Under the pieces are notes generated by a model. It was not told the DNA's origin, made no database searches, and saw nothing but the letters and a program-made list of their open reading frames with translations. From assembly GCA_002269645.1 (NCBI GenBank), contig NIVC01000839.1, positions 62,001 to 126,000 of the forward strand: a DNA stretch of 64,000 nt, in the 5' to 3' direction. The stretch comes from Macrostomum lignano. Taxonomy: Eukaryota. Position 1 is the first letter of the stretch; the number at the start of each line of letters is the position of its first letter. Below are positions 32,480 through 45,189 of this stretch, piece by piece. A program made the position numbers and the translations under genes.

Positions 32480-35400
32480 TAGGCAATAAAACAAGAATTT
32501 GGAACAGGACCGAAAAAGGGCCTCCAAAGCCAAACACGATAAACAAACCAGCGGGAAGACCGATGTCAAAAACGAGCACTAAGGGTGGAAGAAAAACGCA
32601 AAGAGGCCGCAGCAGTGGCAACACCCGAGTGGGGCAAGTAGCGCTCCACAGCCGAACTCAGGACTCGGTGGACCCGATCAGGGTACGGAAGTCTTGCCAA
32701 AGTCCACGCTTAAGAGGAGGCCACAAGCGATGAGGTACCAGATTTTGCACCCTCATGCCACTACCCAACTGAAGCGATGACCGAAGGAGTGACGATTTTT
32801 GCAGAATTCCCCACAAGGCAGTGATGGTGACCGCCCAGCAGGCCAGTTGCCGATTGTCGCCCTTGTCCACCAGAGACCAAAGCTTTTGCAGCACCGATGG
32901 AGACATTGGTAGCTTCTGGTTGACGCTGGTCGCTGGGTGAGGGTGTGCTTTGTCAGGTCCTGAGCGCCGTTCAGCCGAAACCACAGCGAAAGCGAGCTGA
33001 CGTGACCGCGAATGCTACTGTAGGCTCGCAGGCGCGTGTCTGTGAGGCCAGACAGGTAGTTTAGCAGCGCGGACACAGTACACCCGGCGGGGTCGAGTCC
33101 CTTGGCCGAGAAGTACGCGCGCCAGGACAGCACGTGTGAGCTGATGGCGCTTTTCGAGCGGGCCGCGTAGGAGGAACCACAGAATATACACAGAATGGCG
33201 AATCGGCAGTTCTCTATGAAAGCGAAAATAAATGCGCTTGCACTACTAACGTTGTGAAGCTGATAAGTAGCTGCGATTTTTTAAACGCAAAGTTGAATGT
33301 AAAAGTTGAGCTCAAGACAGCATTTGAAAGCTCTGAATCGTCGTTTTGACGCTGCAGTTGAATGCTGTGCTATCATTGTAATTAATTTGTTCATAACGGT
33401 GCGTGCGCAAAGTCATGAGCAGTAGTAACAACTGTTATAACCTCATTGCCATGTTTATGTAAGCTAAAAAAACAAAAGTAACAAACGTAACAACAGGTTA
33501 AGTTTTAGTGCTGCACGCAAGGCAGGAAATGCCAGACGCAACAGAAATTGCAAATCTCATGCAATCACACTCATCCTCTTGAACTTCCTCGATTGCTCAT
33601 TGCAAAATGCTCGCCCGCGCTTTCTCTCCTGAGCCGCAATCCTGCGCCCAGTGCACCAATGGTGCAAGCGTAGCTTCGAGAACAGCCTCGCAATGCTCAT
33701 CACGCATCTCTCTGAGTGCTCAGCGCAATGAGTCGCAGTATATGGGGCCTGATGCAATCGGCCAATATTTTGCTGATTGACACACCAGCATGGATGAACT
33801 CTGTCACTTCCAGCAATTTGAATTGGCGTTCCATCTCAGTGACAGCTCTGATAACTGCTCTGCTTGGGGTGACTAAGCTGTCATCCCGCTTGCACTTCAG
33901 TCGCAGGAAGCGTGTCCGAATTGCTTTCCCTTCAGTTCCTGCTGGCACACCTCACACTTGCACTCGGTTTTAAAGAAGCGGAACAGCAACCAACCGCCGA
34001 CATATGCGCACTTCTCGTGATCTAAGTCATCCGATGTAGTAAAGGGCTCATCACCTGCTTCCGTGAGATCTGAGTCACAAGTGTTGCCCTGCAGGTGGAC
34101 TGGATCTGGAGCTTCTTGGCTCACTGCAGCCTTGGATGCTCTCTGGCTGCTGGAAACCGGTGAAATCTAGTGTCCGGCGGACACTTGCCGGCGTAGTTCG
34201 GGCATCCTTACGCAGCGCACTAAAGCCTCGAAGCAGACGCAGTCATGCAAAAACAGTATCACAATAAGCTGCGTATTAAAACTCTAGCAGATATGCCTTC
34301 GGTATTAGCACTTTTGAAGCCAAACCTAGCTTCATCAGCACCAGCTTGGGCCATAGAGAATGCAATACAGCAAAGACAGGCTAGCGCGATCAATAATGCA
34401 TTTGACCTGCATGCTTTCACGCCACGAGCTCGTGCTAGAACGCCCAATGCATGCTGTCTATGGCACTAACTTAGAGCGCAGAGGCAGCAGAAGGCAGAGC
34501 CAGCCTTAAGGTAGTTTCTAAAAATAGCACAGTTTAGAAGGGGGTGGTTTGGTTCTATCAAGCCTTCCTATAATCTGTGGGACAAACCCGCAATAAATGG
34601 CAAAGAGTTGGTAAAGTGCCATTCAGCCTACTTAGTTTTTCTTCACAACAAGAGTAGCCAGTATAGAATATCATTCTTGTGCAAGAAATTTTCTCAAAAT
34701 GCAGGATTCGCCATTCTGTGTATATTCTGTGGGAGGAACCGAGTAGCTCACGGGCTCGGTGGCTGAGGTGGTCTGGCGCAGTCTGGCGACCTGAAAACAG
34801 AGAAAAGCGGACGTGGCAGCAGAAAGCGTGTGCCGGGCAAGCGAACAATTAGTGGGACACATCAATGAACCATAATAGCGCAGCAAAAATTCAACAACTG
34901 ACTGCCCTCGTGCAGCCGAGACGCGGCGTCAGCAAAAATTTGAAACGGCCCTGGCACGTGGTAAGCACGCAGCTGAATGTTCTGACGAATGCAAAGCAGC
35001 GCCACCGTCTGCAACAGCCTCATCACCAGAGGGCACTTGGAGACCCCATTGTTGATAATACAGCACGCTGCCATATTATCGCAGTAGATGCACAGCCTAC
35101 AGTTGTACAGACAGTCCCGCCACGACAGCAACGCCATCAGAGGTATCACAGCCTCCTTGTAACTGATTGGCAGATCCCGAAAAACAGCATCCGCGTCGAG
35201 GTCCCAATTAACGTAGCGCCAGTAACTCACGCCCCTGGCAACCGCAGCAGGGCTGCGCCGCCCACCAGGCAGGCGTCCGACTCGATCGCGGCATCGAAAT
35301 CGCCATTGAACCAGAGTGTCTTCCACCTCTTGGCAAGCAGCGCAGACTTCCACCAGCGCAGCTGACTATGCAGGGCCGCATCCATCTCATCTTGCTGACC

Positions 35401-36700
35401 AACGGTCAAATTGTTAGAGCGCGAAATCAGGTCCTGAAGGAAGGGCCGACCGCATTCGATCACCTGCGAAACCCACACCAGTCTGCCGATGATCTGCTGT
35501 AAACTTTGCTTGCTGATGCGATCCTTGGCAGCAGCATCGTCCTGTTGCTCTAAAAGTTTCTCCACTTTTTCATCTGAAAGCTGCTTCAGGCCCTTGACGG
35601 TGTCGAGCTCCACACCGAGAAACGTCATCCTTTGCGAAGGCCACTGACACTTCGTCCAATTAACGGTGAAGCCCAGTCTGGTCAACAGCGACGTCAACAC
35701 ATTGAAGAAGGCCTCGCACTCATTTTGCGAGCCGCAAAAGGCAAAATCGTCCAGATAGGCCTCAGTATTTACGAAGCCGCGGTGCACCATCATCAACTTG
35801 ACCGCATCGCTGGGATGATAGAAAGCCGTGACGGAAGCAGCAGCACCAAATGGTAGGCGCGTGTCCACCATGTCAGGTGTCGCAAGCATCGTCACCTAGC
35901 CGAAACTTTAAGCCGGTAAACTTGTGGTCGTCAGGATGGATCCCGCATGAACGATAGGCTTCGCAGAGATCAACCTTGCACATAAAGTAATTCTTCACAT
36001 AAAGCATCACCTGTCTCTGTTGCCTAACTCTGTCTATTTGGGGCTTCGAGCTTTGGTCCTGGGTGGCCTCATTGTTAACAGCGTTGAGTAACTCACCAAG
36101 GTCTTCCGGGTTCTCAGATGCCGCCCGGTGGGGTTCGAGATCCTCCGACGCTTGGGCCTCTCTCCTTAGTTTCCGATATTTTGCCTGGAGTTTCAGCAGC
36201 CTGATGCGCCTCTCTGCCGCTTGAATTTCCACCTGAACGTCCAGGTCCGACGCCGCCTGCCGTCCTCCCGGGCCGCTCTCTGCTCTTTCGTTGGCCGTGG
36301 TTGTTCGCGTTTCATTGGTTTCATTGGTGGCGATCTATGAGGACTGCCTTCTTCCCAGAACTGGACAGACCATGCTGTTCCAGCATACGCCTTAACTTGC
36401 GTGCGGTAAAGTTTTCTTGGCGATTTTCAACAGTGCCTTCGCTGTTGTGATTAAAGCTTAGCTAGTTGGCTGACTGGTGCACTATCGCTGAAAAATTGAG
36501 CTTGCAAATGCGAGGCAGGGCAGCTGGGCCAGAGCAGCCCCGCGCGGCCTAAAAAAACCCCAAAGGGGGCTCAAGCACTCACCACCCCGCGAGACAGAGC
36601 ACGCACAACGAGGAGCCCACATGCACACAGGCCCGGGGGCGGCCCCTCCCCGACGCGTTCGCTAACACTGAGTAGCTACGCTACTCACCACTTAACGCTC
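32480..36700 (-). mobile_element. Second, diverged and internally deleted DIRS/Ngaro-like element, split by a P-like insertion
   Basis: SAP-like FTARKLRRMLEQHGLSSSGKKAVLIDR (~36330-36420); MCKVDLCEAYRSCGIHPDDH, RLPFGAAASV, AYLDDF, IESDACLVGGAA, ISYKEAV, YCDNMAA, HVPGPFQIFADAASR; YR SSHVLSWRAY and SSAVERY. Confidence 0.85.
33178..34731 (-). mobile_element. Non-autonomous P-element-like DNA transposon (1554 bp)
   Basis: 27-bp perfect TIR CACAGAATATACACAGAATGGCGAATC; 8-bp TSD GGAGGAAC (33170-33177, 34732-34739); degenerate THAP start from 34246 (CAA*GCPNY...FHRFP); C-terminal remnants AYVGGWLL...CKCEVC, LVTPSRAV and KLRLHHWC. Confidence 0.85.
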
Positions 36701-36929
36701 AACGTGAAAATTGAATGCTTATTGTCATTACAAACTCCGATTGTTTATGTAAAGTCAGTGAATCATTGCGCACAGATCATTCTCTTACTATACTGTTTAC
36801 TTTGCAAAATAAGTAGAGAGAACCATATATGTATGTCTCATATATTTGTATTTTTCTATAACTGCTTGTGACATCCAGACAAAATTTGTGACAATAACAT
36901 TCGCAAGAGTGCTTTTGTTACACATTCGG

Positions 36930-37090
36930 CAACATTGTACCACAACAGGCCCAGACAGAAATCCTGCCCATTCCGCAGACTCCTGAGCACATGCAAGCGC
37001 GCCACTGCTGTACGCAAATACAGCACTCATACACACGCTCACACAGGGTGTACAGCGGCCCTTTGACTTTATAATCTTCAGGCATGTACG
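36930..37090 (-). mobile_element. SINE-family body fragment
   Basis: CACGCTCACACAGGGTGTACAGCGGCC...CATGTAC motif. Confidence 0.6.
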
Positions 37091-37914
37091 AATAGATACT
37101 AGAATAACTAGATGGGCTCTTATTGGCTCTTACCCCAGCTTAAACCCTCCAACACCCCCTTTCCACACTGCCCCCCTCCGCCCGCCCCAATTTAATTGCC
37201 TATCTCGGAATTCCAGACTAAAACTGCCATGTACATTCAGTGGACTGGCTAATGTACATCATTGCTGAACCAATTGGCAAGTTGCTTACGCCTGCAAGCT
37301 TGTGGTTTCTAAACTTATGAAGATCATTTTAACTGATTTTATATTTATAAAATAGCTTCTGTATTCTTCACTGCTACTGAACTGAAAGTAGTAAAGATGC
37401 CTGAGTGGCCCATCTAGTTACGAGAGTATTTTTGGCTTTCGGCTTTCGGGGCCAACAACTTGCTGCTGTATTGTGTGCTCACAGCTCACATTTAATTTTA
37501 TTGATTAACAATCTAAGTATTTTAGTAAAGGAGTTTTTTACGCTCGGGAAAGCGAGTTTATGCACAGACAGTTATTAATAATTCCCCGGAGAAGGAATTT
37601 GCTTCCGTCTTAGCTGTGATCCTCGTTTTTTTACGGTGCCTGTCAGCTGACATTTCGTAATCTTGCTGTTGAGTCTCTCGGGTAAAGAAGTTATTATACA
37701 TGCGAAAGCAAGGGGGTCGAGTTGAAAAAAATTGGTTTGAGTTCTGCCCCGCCCTCGAGGTCAACCAACCAATCAATCAATCAATTATCGACGAAATTAG
37801 CGATCTATCGGTGTCCTAAACGTGTGTGCAGGTGTGCGACGTGCACCCCGATTTTATAGATTAGCGTGCCGTCTTGTAAGCGTATTTGATCGCAGTGGAA
37901 TGCTTGAGAGATCA

Positions 37915-39085
37915 ATGCACATTTGCTGATTGCTGAGGGGAATTCAGTGTACATTTGCAGATTGCTGAGGGGACTTCAGTGCACATTTGCTGATTGCTGA
38001 GGGGACTTCAGTGTACATTTGCTGATTACTGAGAGGACTTCAGTGTACATTTGCTGATTACTGAGGGGAATTCAATGTACATTTGCAGATTGCTGAGGGG
38101 AATTCAATGTACATTTGCAGATTACTGAGGGGAATTCAATGTACATTTGCAGATTGCTGAGGGGAATTCAATGTACATTTGCAGATTGCTGAGGGGAATT
38201 CAGTGTACATTTGCAGATTGCTGAGGGGACTTCAGTGCACATTTGCTGATTGCTGAGGGGAATTCAGTGTACATTTGCTGATTACTGAGAGGACTTCAGT
38301 GTACATTTGCTGTTTACTGAGGGGAATTCAATGTACATTTGCAGATTGCTGAGGGGAATTCAATGTACATTTGCTGATAGCTGAGGGGAATTCAGTGTAC
38401 ATTTGCAGATTGCTGAGGGGAATTCAGTGCACATTTGCTGATAGCTGAGGGGAATTCATATGTACATTTGCTGATTGCTGAGGGGACTTCAGTGCACATT
38501 TGCTGATTGCTGAGGGGACTTCAGTGTACATTTGCTGATAGCTGAGGGGACTTCAGTGCACATTTGCTGATTGATGAGGGGACTTCAGTGTACATTTGCA
38601 GATTTCTGAGGGGACTTCAGTGTACATTTGCAGATTGCTGAGGGGAATTCAGTGTACATTTGCTGATTGCTGAGGGGAATTCAGTGTACATTTGCAGATT
38701 GCTGAGGGTGAGGGGAATTCAGTGTACATTTGCTGATTGCTGGGGGGAATTCAGTGTACATTTGCTGATTGCTGAGGGGACTTCAATGTACATTTGCAGA
38801 TTGCTGAGGGTGAGGGGAATTCAGTGTACATTTGCAGATTGCTGAGGGTGAGGGGAATTCAGTGTACATTTGCAGATTGCTGAGGGGAATTCAGTGTACA
38901 TTTGCAGATTGCTGAGGGGAATTCAGTGTACATTTGCTGATTGCTGAGGGGACTTCAGTGTACATTTGCAGATTGCTGAGGGTGAGGGGAATTCAGTGTA
39001 CATTTGCAGATTGCTGGGGGGAATTAAATGTACATTTGTTGATTGCTGAGGGGAATTCAGTGTACATTTGTTGATTGCTTACGGT
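37915..39085. repeat. ~32-bp minisatellite (TGCTGAGGGGAATTCAGTGTACATTTGCAGAT)
   Basis: About 35 visible variant copies. Confidence 0.95.
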
Positions 39086-39429
39086 AATTCAATGTCTGTC
39101 AATTGCGCAAATTCTATTAGCTAACTATAAAAAATATGCATACAAACCAACTACTTAGTTATGCTAATTAGCTAATTAAATTATGCCAGTGCAGCAGCAG
39201 TGCACGACACCCTCTCGGACACCTAATCACTGGGCGATAGAAACTGTTTTTCACGTTGACAGTTTTATTGTGTCTGGATAATGATTGTGTTTATTGTGAA
39301 GAGGCTGCCTCACTAACTCAGAACAGCTCTATGTTAAACAGTGTTCTTCGTACAGCGTTTCTCTAATTATGAGCATCAATAAGCCCTGCATTATGTGCAC
39401 TTTCTGGATAATAAGCAGGGTTCCCATTG

Positions 39430-39605
39430 ATAACTGGATAGTGATAGACAGAGTGCTCACCAATGACTAGAGAGTGATAGATAGAGTGCTCAATAATGAA
39501 TAAGAGAGTGAGCGACAGAGTGCTCAATAATGAATAAGAGAGTGATAGACAGAGGGCTCAATAATGAATAAGAGAGTGAGAGACAGAGTGCTCAACAATG
39601 AGTAA
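39430..39605. repeat. ~34-bp short tandem repeat upstream of the channel gene
   Basis: GAGTGCTCAATAATGAATAAGAGAGTGATAGACA repeated. Confidence 0.8.
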
Positions 39606-39803
39606 GCAGAGAATCCCATGACTCAGGCAGGATTAGCACAGCGGATATTCATTGGTCCCCCAAATACTGCAGTCAGCAGCCAGCCAATGGGTGGCACAAA
39701 AAACCGCCCCGCAGTAACAAAGCGACTTCATATTTGAGAAGTTGTCACTTGCCACACATGTTGTGAAAAGTGGCACTGAAGACAGCTATAACAAAATAAA
39801 AAC

Positions 39804-42800
39804 ATGAAAATCCCTGTTCCAAACTCCAATAACAACTTCTATCTTCTGCTCCTGCTTCTAGTGGCAGAAGATCTGCCTCAGCTGGTCAACTGTGAACAGC
39901 AGCAGCCCCTAGCAACGGTTCCAAGAAGCTGGTGCCAGGATGTGCCGCCGCTGATGAAGCAGGCCAACATCACCGAGGAGAGGTTCGTGGCTCAACTATT
40001 CAAAGGCTACCAGAAGCAGCACCGGCCGCCCAACTGTCTGGATGGCAACCAGAGAAGCTCCACTTCGCCAACCATTGTCAGCGTGAACATCTACGTGAAC
40101 AGCATCAGCTCCATCAGCGTGGTCGATATGGACTACTCGGTTGACGTGTTCCTCCGACAGAGATGGACAGACTCCAGGCTGAGGTTCCGCGGTCAGTCCG
40201 GTGTTCTATCGCTCAACTACATGAAAGAGCGACTCTGGATTCCCGACCTGTTCTTCAGGAACTCCAAGGAAGGCAAGCTGCACACGGTGACCACTCCCAA
40301 TCATCTGATCTGGGTCTACTCAGACAATGGAAGCGTGCTATTCAGCCAGAAGCTGTCGGTGAAACTCGACTGTCCCATGACATTGTGGAATTTCCCAATG
40401 GACAGTCAGGTCTGCCGGGTGGAGATGGGCAGCTACGGCTACTCGTTGGAAGAGCTGGACTTTGTCTGGATCGGTGATAGACAGGTTGAGCTGAACAGCA
40501 AGCTGCAGATTAACGAATTCCAGTTCCCCAGTCTGAGGTACGGCGCCTGTCTCAAGGCCTACAACAGCACAGGCAGATTTGCCTGCGTTTATCTGGAATT
40601 TCATCTGGTTAGAAAGTTTGGATTTTACCTGATCTATACCTACCTGCCCTCTATTCTGGTTGTGCTGCTGTCCTGGATCTCATTCTGGATTGACTATCAA
40701 GCTGTACCGGCCAGGATCACTTTGGGCCTGCTGTCAATTCTGGCGCTCATCACCCAGGCCGCTGCCACGCTGCAGAAACTGCCCAGGGTGTCCTACGTTA
40801 AAGGTTGGCTGATTGGGCGCTTGGATGAGAGGAGAGAGGGAGAGTGGGTGAGAGACGGAGAGTAGGGTGAGAGACGGAGAGTAGGGTGGGATAGGGGGAG
40901 TGGGTGAGAGAGAGAGTAGGGTGAGAGACGGAGAGTAGGGTGGGATAGGGGGAGTGGGTGAGAGAGAGAGTAGGGTCAGAAGGATAGAGAGATAGTAGGG
41001 TGGGAGAGGGAGATTAGGGTAGAAAGGGAGAGTAGGATAGGAGAGAGTAGGGTGAGAGGGAGAGTAGAGTGAGAGAGGGAGATTAGGGTGCGAGAGGGAG
41101 AGTAGGGTGAGAGAGGGATAGTAGGGTGAGAGAGGGATAGTAGGGTGAGAGAGGGATAGTAGGGTGGGAGAGGGAGAGTAGGTTGAGACAGGGAGAGTAG
41201 GTTGAGAGAGGGAGAGTAGATTGAGAGAAGGAGAGTAGGGTGAGAGAGGGAGAGTAGGTTGAGAGAGAAAGAGTAGGGTGCGAGAGGGAGAGTAGGGTGA
41301 GAGAGGGATCGTAGGTTGGGAGAGGGAGAGTAGGTTGAGACAGGGAGAGTAGGTTGAGAGACGGAGAGTAGGGTGAGAGAGGGAGAGTAGGGTGAGAGAG
41401 AAAGAGTAGGGTGCGAGTGGGAGAGTAGGGTGAGAGAAGGAGAGTAGGGTAAGAAAGGTAGAGTAGGGTGAGAGGGAGAGCGGAGGAGAGAGGGAGAGTA
41501 GAGTGTGAGAGGGAGAGTGGGGGAGAGTAAAGTGAGGAAGCTGGAGTGTAGGAGATGCGCAAAGGAAAAGAGTGACAGATCGAAGGAGATCACATGCAGG
41601 ACAGTGACAGAGGGGTGAAGTTCCGCCCAGTCCACACTGTCACGAGCAGAGGGCGTGGTGAGATACACGAACAGTAATTTCATTTTTATACGATCAAACG
41701 ATGCTTTAGATCAAAGGGTTATAAATTAGAAGAACTGTCGCGACAATTATGCTTTGACAAACGTTTTTACGATGACTTTCCACTAATTAATTGACCACAC
41801 TCAGAAAACAGAGGGGCAGATAAACCATCACTAAACAACCTTAAAAGATATTTTGCAGATAACCATCAAAGTCTCTTAAAGTTGTTGAATTTATTTATCT
41901 TTAAAATTTTACTACAACATAGCTGCCGTAAAAGTTTAAACTTGACTGCAGACTACGTTCAGCAGCCTCTATCACAATCAGTCTCTCGAAAGGAAACACA
42001 CGCTCCCATGGATTCCTCTTAACTATGAGCAGCACACGGCATACGATCTATAGTCGGAAACTTCTGTCTGTCATACTTAAGATACTCAGACAGGATATTG
42101 CAGTCAAGAGGTTTGGGACAATTTGGCTATATATTATCGTACTTAAATTTGGCGTGTATTGATAGCATACTGAGTATATGATTTTCAGCTGTATTCTATC
42201 GGAGTTACCGTTAGCAATGTAAGAAATAGTAGAAATTATGTTAAGCTAGTAAAATTTAGGTTTCAATAAAGAAAATTAAGTAATAAAAACTGAGACTTTG
42301 TTGAAAAATTAGTTGAAGAGAGAGAAAGAGGGGAAGGGTGAGAGGGAGAGTGGCATGAAAGAGGGAGAATGACACGAGAGAGGGAGAGTGACATGAGAGA
42401 GGGAGAGTGACATGAGAGAGGGAGAGTGACATGAGAGAGGGAGAGTGGCATGAGAGAGGGAGAGTGGCATGAAAGAGGGAGAGTGACATGGGAGAGGGAG
42501 AGTGGCATGAGAGAGGGAGAGTGACATGAAAGAGGGAGAGTGGCATGAGAGAGGGAGAGTGACATGAGAGAGGGAGAGTGACATGAGAGAGGGAGAGTGA
42601 TACATGTATGAGAGAGGGAGTGTGCCATGAGAGAGGGAGAGTGACATGAGAGAGGGAGAGTGACATGAGAGAGGGAGAGTGATATGAGAGAGGGAGAGTG
42701 ACATGAGAGAGGGAGAGTGACATGAGAGAGGGAGAGTGACATGAGAGAGGGAGAGTGACATGAGAGAGGGAGTGTGCCATGAGAGAGGGAGAGTGACATG

Positions 42801-44384
42801 AGAAAGGGAGAGTGACAGCAGGTGAACAAAGCAAAGGAATAGAAAGTTGGGGAAAGCTTAAGATGCACGCAGAGCATCCTTAATCACTCTAGGCTCAAGG
42901 TAGATTAAAAATCTAAACAAAAATCGATTCTGCTGATAATCCCAAATTTAAGAAGATAAGCACACAAACGCAGGATTGGTTGATACAGCTAGCTCACCAA
43001 AACCCCAGCTCACAATAAGCAAACAAAGCCTACTTCAATCTGCTGAGGATGAGCCAAGTAGCCCTTGAGCAGTCCTATTCACATTAGTTTCTACTCAAAT
43101 CTTTTTTGAGAAAATCTGCCACTTCAGGCAAGTAGTGCAAAGGGTTAATGCATTCAGCATCCTCTCGGGTCTACTCAGCAAGGCTGATCAAATTTACATA
43201 GCGTCCATACCCGGGTAAATATAAAGTTCATTAGGAGAGAAAGTTTATGAAAGTAACTAGTATTACACTCCTAATTAAAAAGCTTTTAGCTTGTCGATCT
43301 CATCAGTGCAAAAATCATGAAGGGATTTAGTAGCTAAAAAATAAAGCTAAATTTTGCTACCAGCGAGTGCAAGTAAATTAAAATATACTTGTGCAAAAAA
43401 GGGCAGCTGTCACTAACTGACAGGGTAAGAGTATCGGAGTGGGGTGGGTGTCGGTTAGAGTGAGGGGCAGAGAATCGGAGTGGGGTGGGTGTTGATTAGA
43501 GTGAGGGGCAGAGAATCGGAATGGGGTGGGTGTTAATTAGAGTGAGGGGCAGAGAATCGGAGTGGGTGGGTGTTGATTAGAGTGAGGGGCAGAGAATCGG
43601 AGTGGCGTGGGTGTCGGTTAGAGTGAGGGGCAGAGAATCGGAGTGGGGTGGGTGTCACTTCAAGCCCCTAACCCCAAAGCTCCCTCAATCTTTCCCAGCC
43701 ATAGACGTATGGCTGTTCGCCTGCCTGGCATTCGTGGTGCTGTCCCTGCTGGAGTTCTCGCTGGTTAACGTGCTCGCCAGGCGCCAATCGAAGCACCGTG
43801 ACGCCGAGTGGCGCTGCGAACTACGACGCGCCCTACGCCAGGAGCTCCTGGCGTTCACTGGCGGCGGCGGCGGCGGTACCAACGAAGACTTTGCCTCTGA
43901 TCCGCCTGCCAATGGCGGCAAATTCGAAAGTGAGGAAGATGCCATTGACAGCTGCGTTGGCGGTGGTGGAGGTGGCGACGTCGGCGACACTCCAGACAGC
44001 CCTCTGCTGGCCATGATGATGATGTCGATGCGGCATCGACGTTACCGCGGCTCCGACGATGACTCAAGCGGTGGAGGGGTCGGCGGCAACGTGCGCCGGG
44101 CAGCCGTTTCCACCGCGGCCACAGTGGGTTCGGCGGCTCCGGCGGCCGGTGCTTTCAGAGGTGGGCAGCAACACCAGGAGCAGCGGAGGCAGCGGCACAG
44201 GAGGCAGAATCAGCATACCGCTTCGCAGCAGCCAGCTTTCGGATTGAAACCGCAGCACGTGGATTGGTTTTCAATCTTCTTATTTCCGTTCAGCTTCCTG
44301 CTGTTCAATGCCATCTACTGGCTGTACTTTCTAGTGCTGAGCTCGCACCAGAATGAGGGCGGCTTTCACGATCCACCAATCTAG
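39804..44384 (+). CDS. Anion-selective Cys-loop ligand-gated ion channel subunit (GluCl/glycine-receptor-like), 561 aa
   Basis: Exons 39804-40803 and 43699-44384 join as YVK/AIDVW (phase 1). Signal-like LLLLLLV; DVFLRQRW, WIPDLFF, Cys-loop CPMTLWNFPMDSQVC, SYGY, loop-C CLKAYNSTGRFAC, M1 YLPSILVVLLSWISFW, M2 VPARITLGLL, M4 VDWFSIFLFPFSFLLFNAIYW. Confidence 0.95.
40830..41530. repeat. GA-rich ~20-bp intronic minisatellite (GAGAGGGAGAGTAGGGT)
   Basis: Visible tandem units immediately after the splice donor. Confidence 0.9.
42340..42815. repeat. 20-bp intronic minisatellite (AGAGGGAGAGTGACATGAGA)
   Basis: Visible tandem units. Confidence 0.92.
43430..43650. repeat. ~40-bp minisatellite, reverse complement of the 1600-1982 family
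   Basis: GGAGTGGGGTGGGTGTCGGTTAGAGTGAGGGGCAGAGAATC units just before the splice acceptor. Confidence 0.9.
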
Positions 44385-44409
44385 GGTGTTAGAGGGACAG
44401 ATAATGAGA

Positions 44410-44570
44410 GGGAGGGAGTGGGGTGGGTGCCGCGTGCGGGCCAAAGAATCGGAGGGAGTGGGGTGGGTGCCGCGTGCGGGCCAAAGAATCGGAGGGAGTG
44501 GGGTGGGTGCCGCGTGCGGGCCAAAAAATCGGAGAGAGTGGGGTGGGTGCCACGCGCGGGCTGAAGAGAG
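44410..44570. repeat. ~40-bp G-rich tandem repeat after the channel stop codon
   Basis: GGAGGGAGTGGGGTGGGTGCCGCGTGCGGGCCAAAGAATC, about 3 copies. Confidence 0.8.
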
Positions 44571-45189
44571 GGTGTGGGGATGGGTGCTTTTGTTCAGAGC
44601 AGAATATTTAATTCGATAAAGCGAATAATTTTTCTAGAGATATATTGGGGCCTACATTCAGGTCATAAACAAAAGAATAATTTATTTGTACATAATCATA
44701 TATAGCTGTGCGGTAGTACCGGTACGAGCGTGTTTTTAATTTTTACCAAAACTTTCTGTATTATGAATAATTAACTAGACTATGCTACACGACCGAATGT
44801 ACTATCGATAAACATGCTTAGCAGTAGCTTTTTTACGTTCGTACAAAGACAATTACTAAGCCATCCATACTAAAATTAATGCTTCTGCACACGGGTCTGT
44901 TATTACTTGTTGTATTGTCAATTTTTACGGAAATAATTTTCAAACGGAATTTGAAGCAACCTATGCACAAACCCTACAAACCGAAACTTAGTTTTATGTA
45001 TATTGGAAATAAAAAGCTATCGTAGCTGTATTGGTGTTGTGGCATCAGCTTTTAAACTGTAATAGTTACGTAGCCTGTGTTTTTACTTAACAGCTTAATG
45101 AACTTGTTTGCACTTCAAAACTTCTCGCGACTTTAACCCGACTTCTCCATTTTCGCCGTCTCTTTTTTCTTATCCTTTTATCTCCCTCT

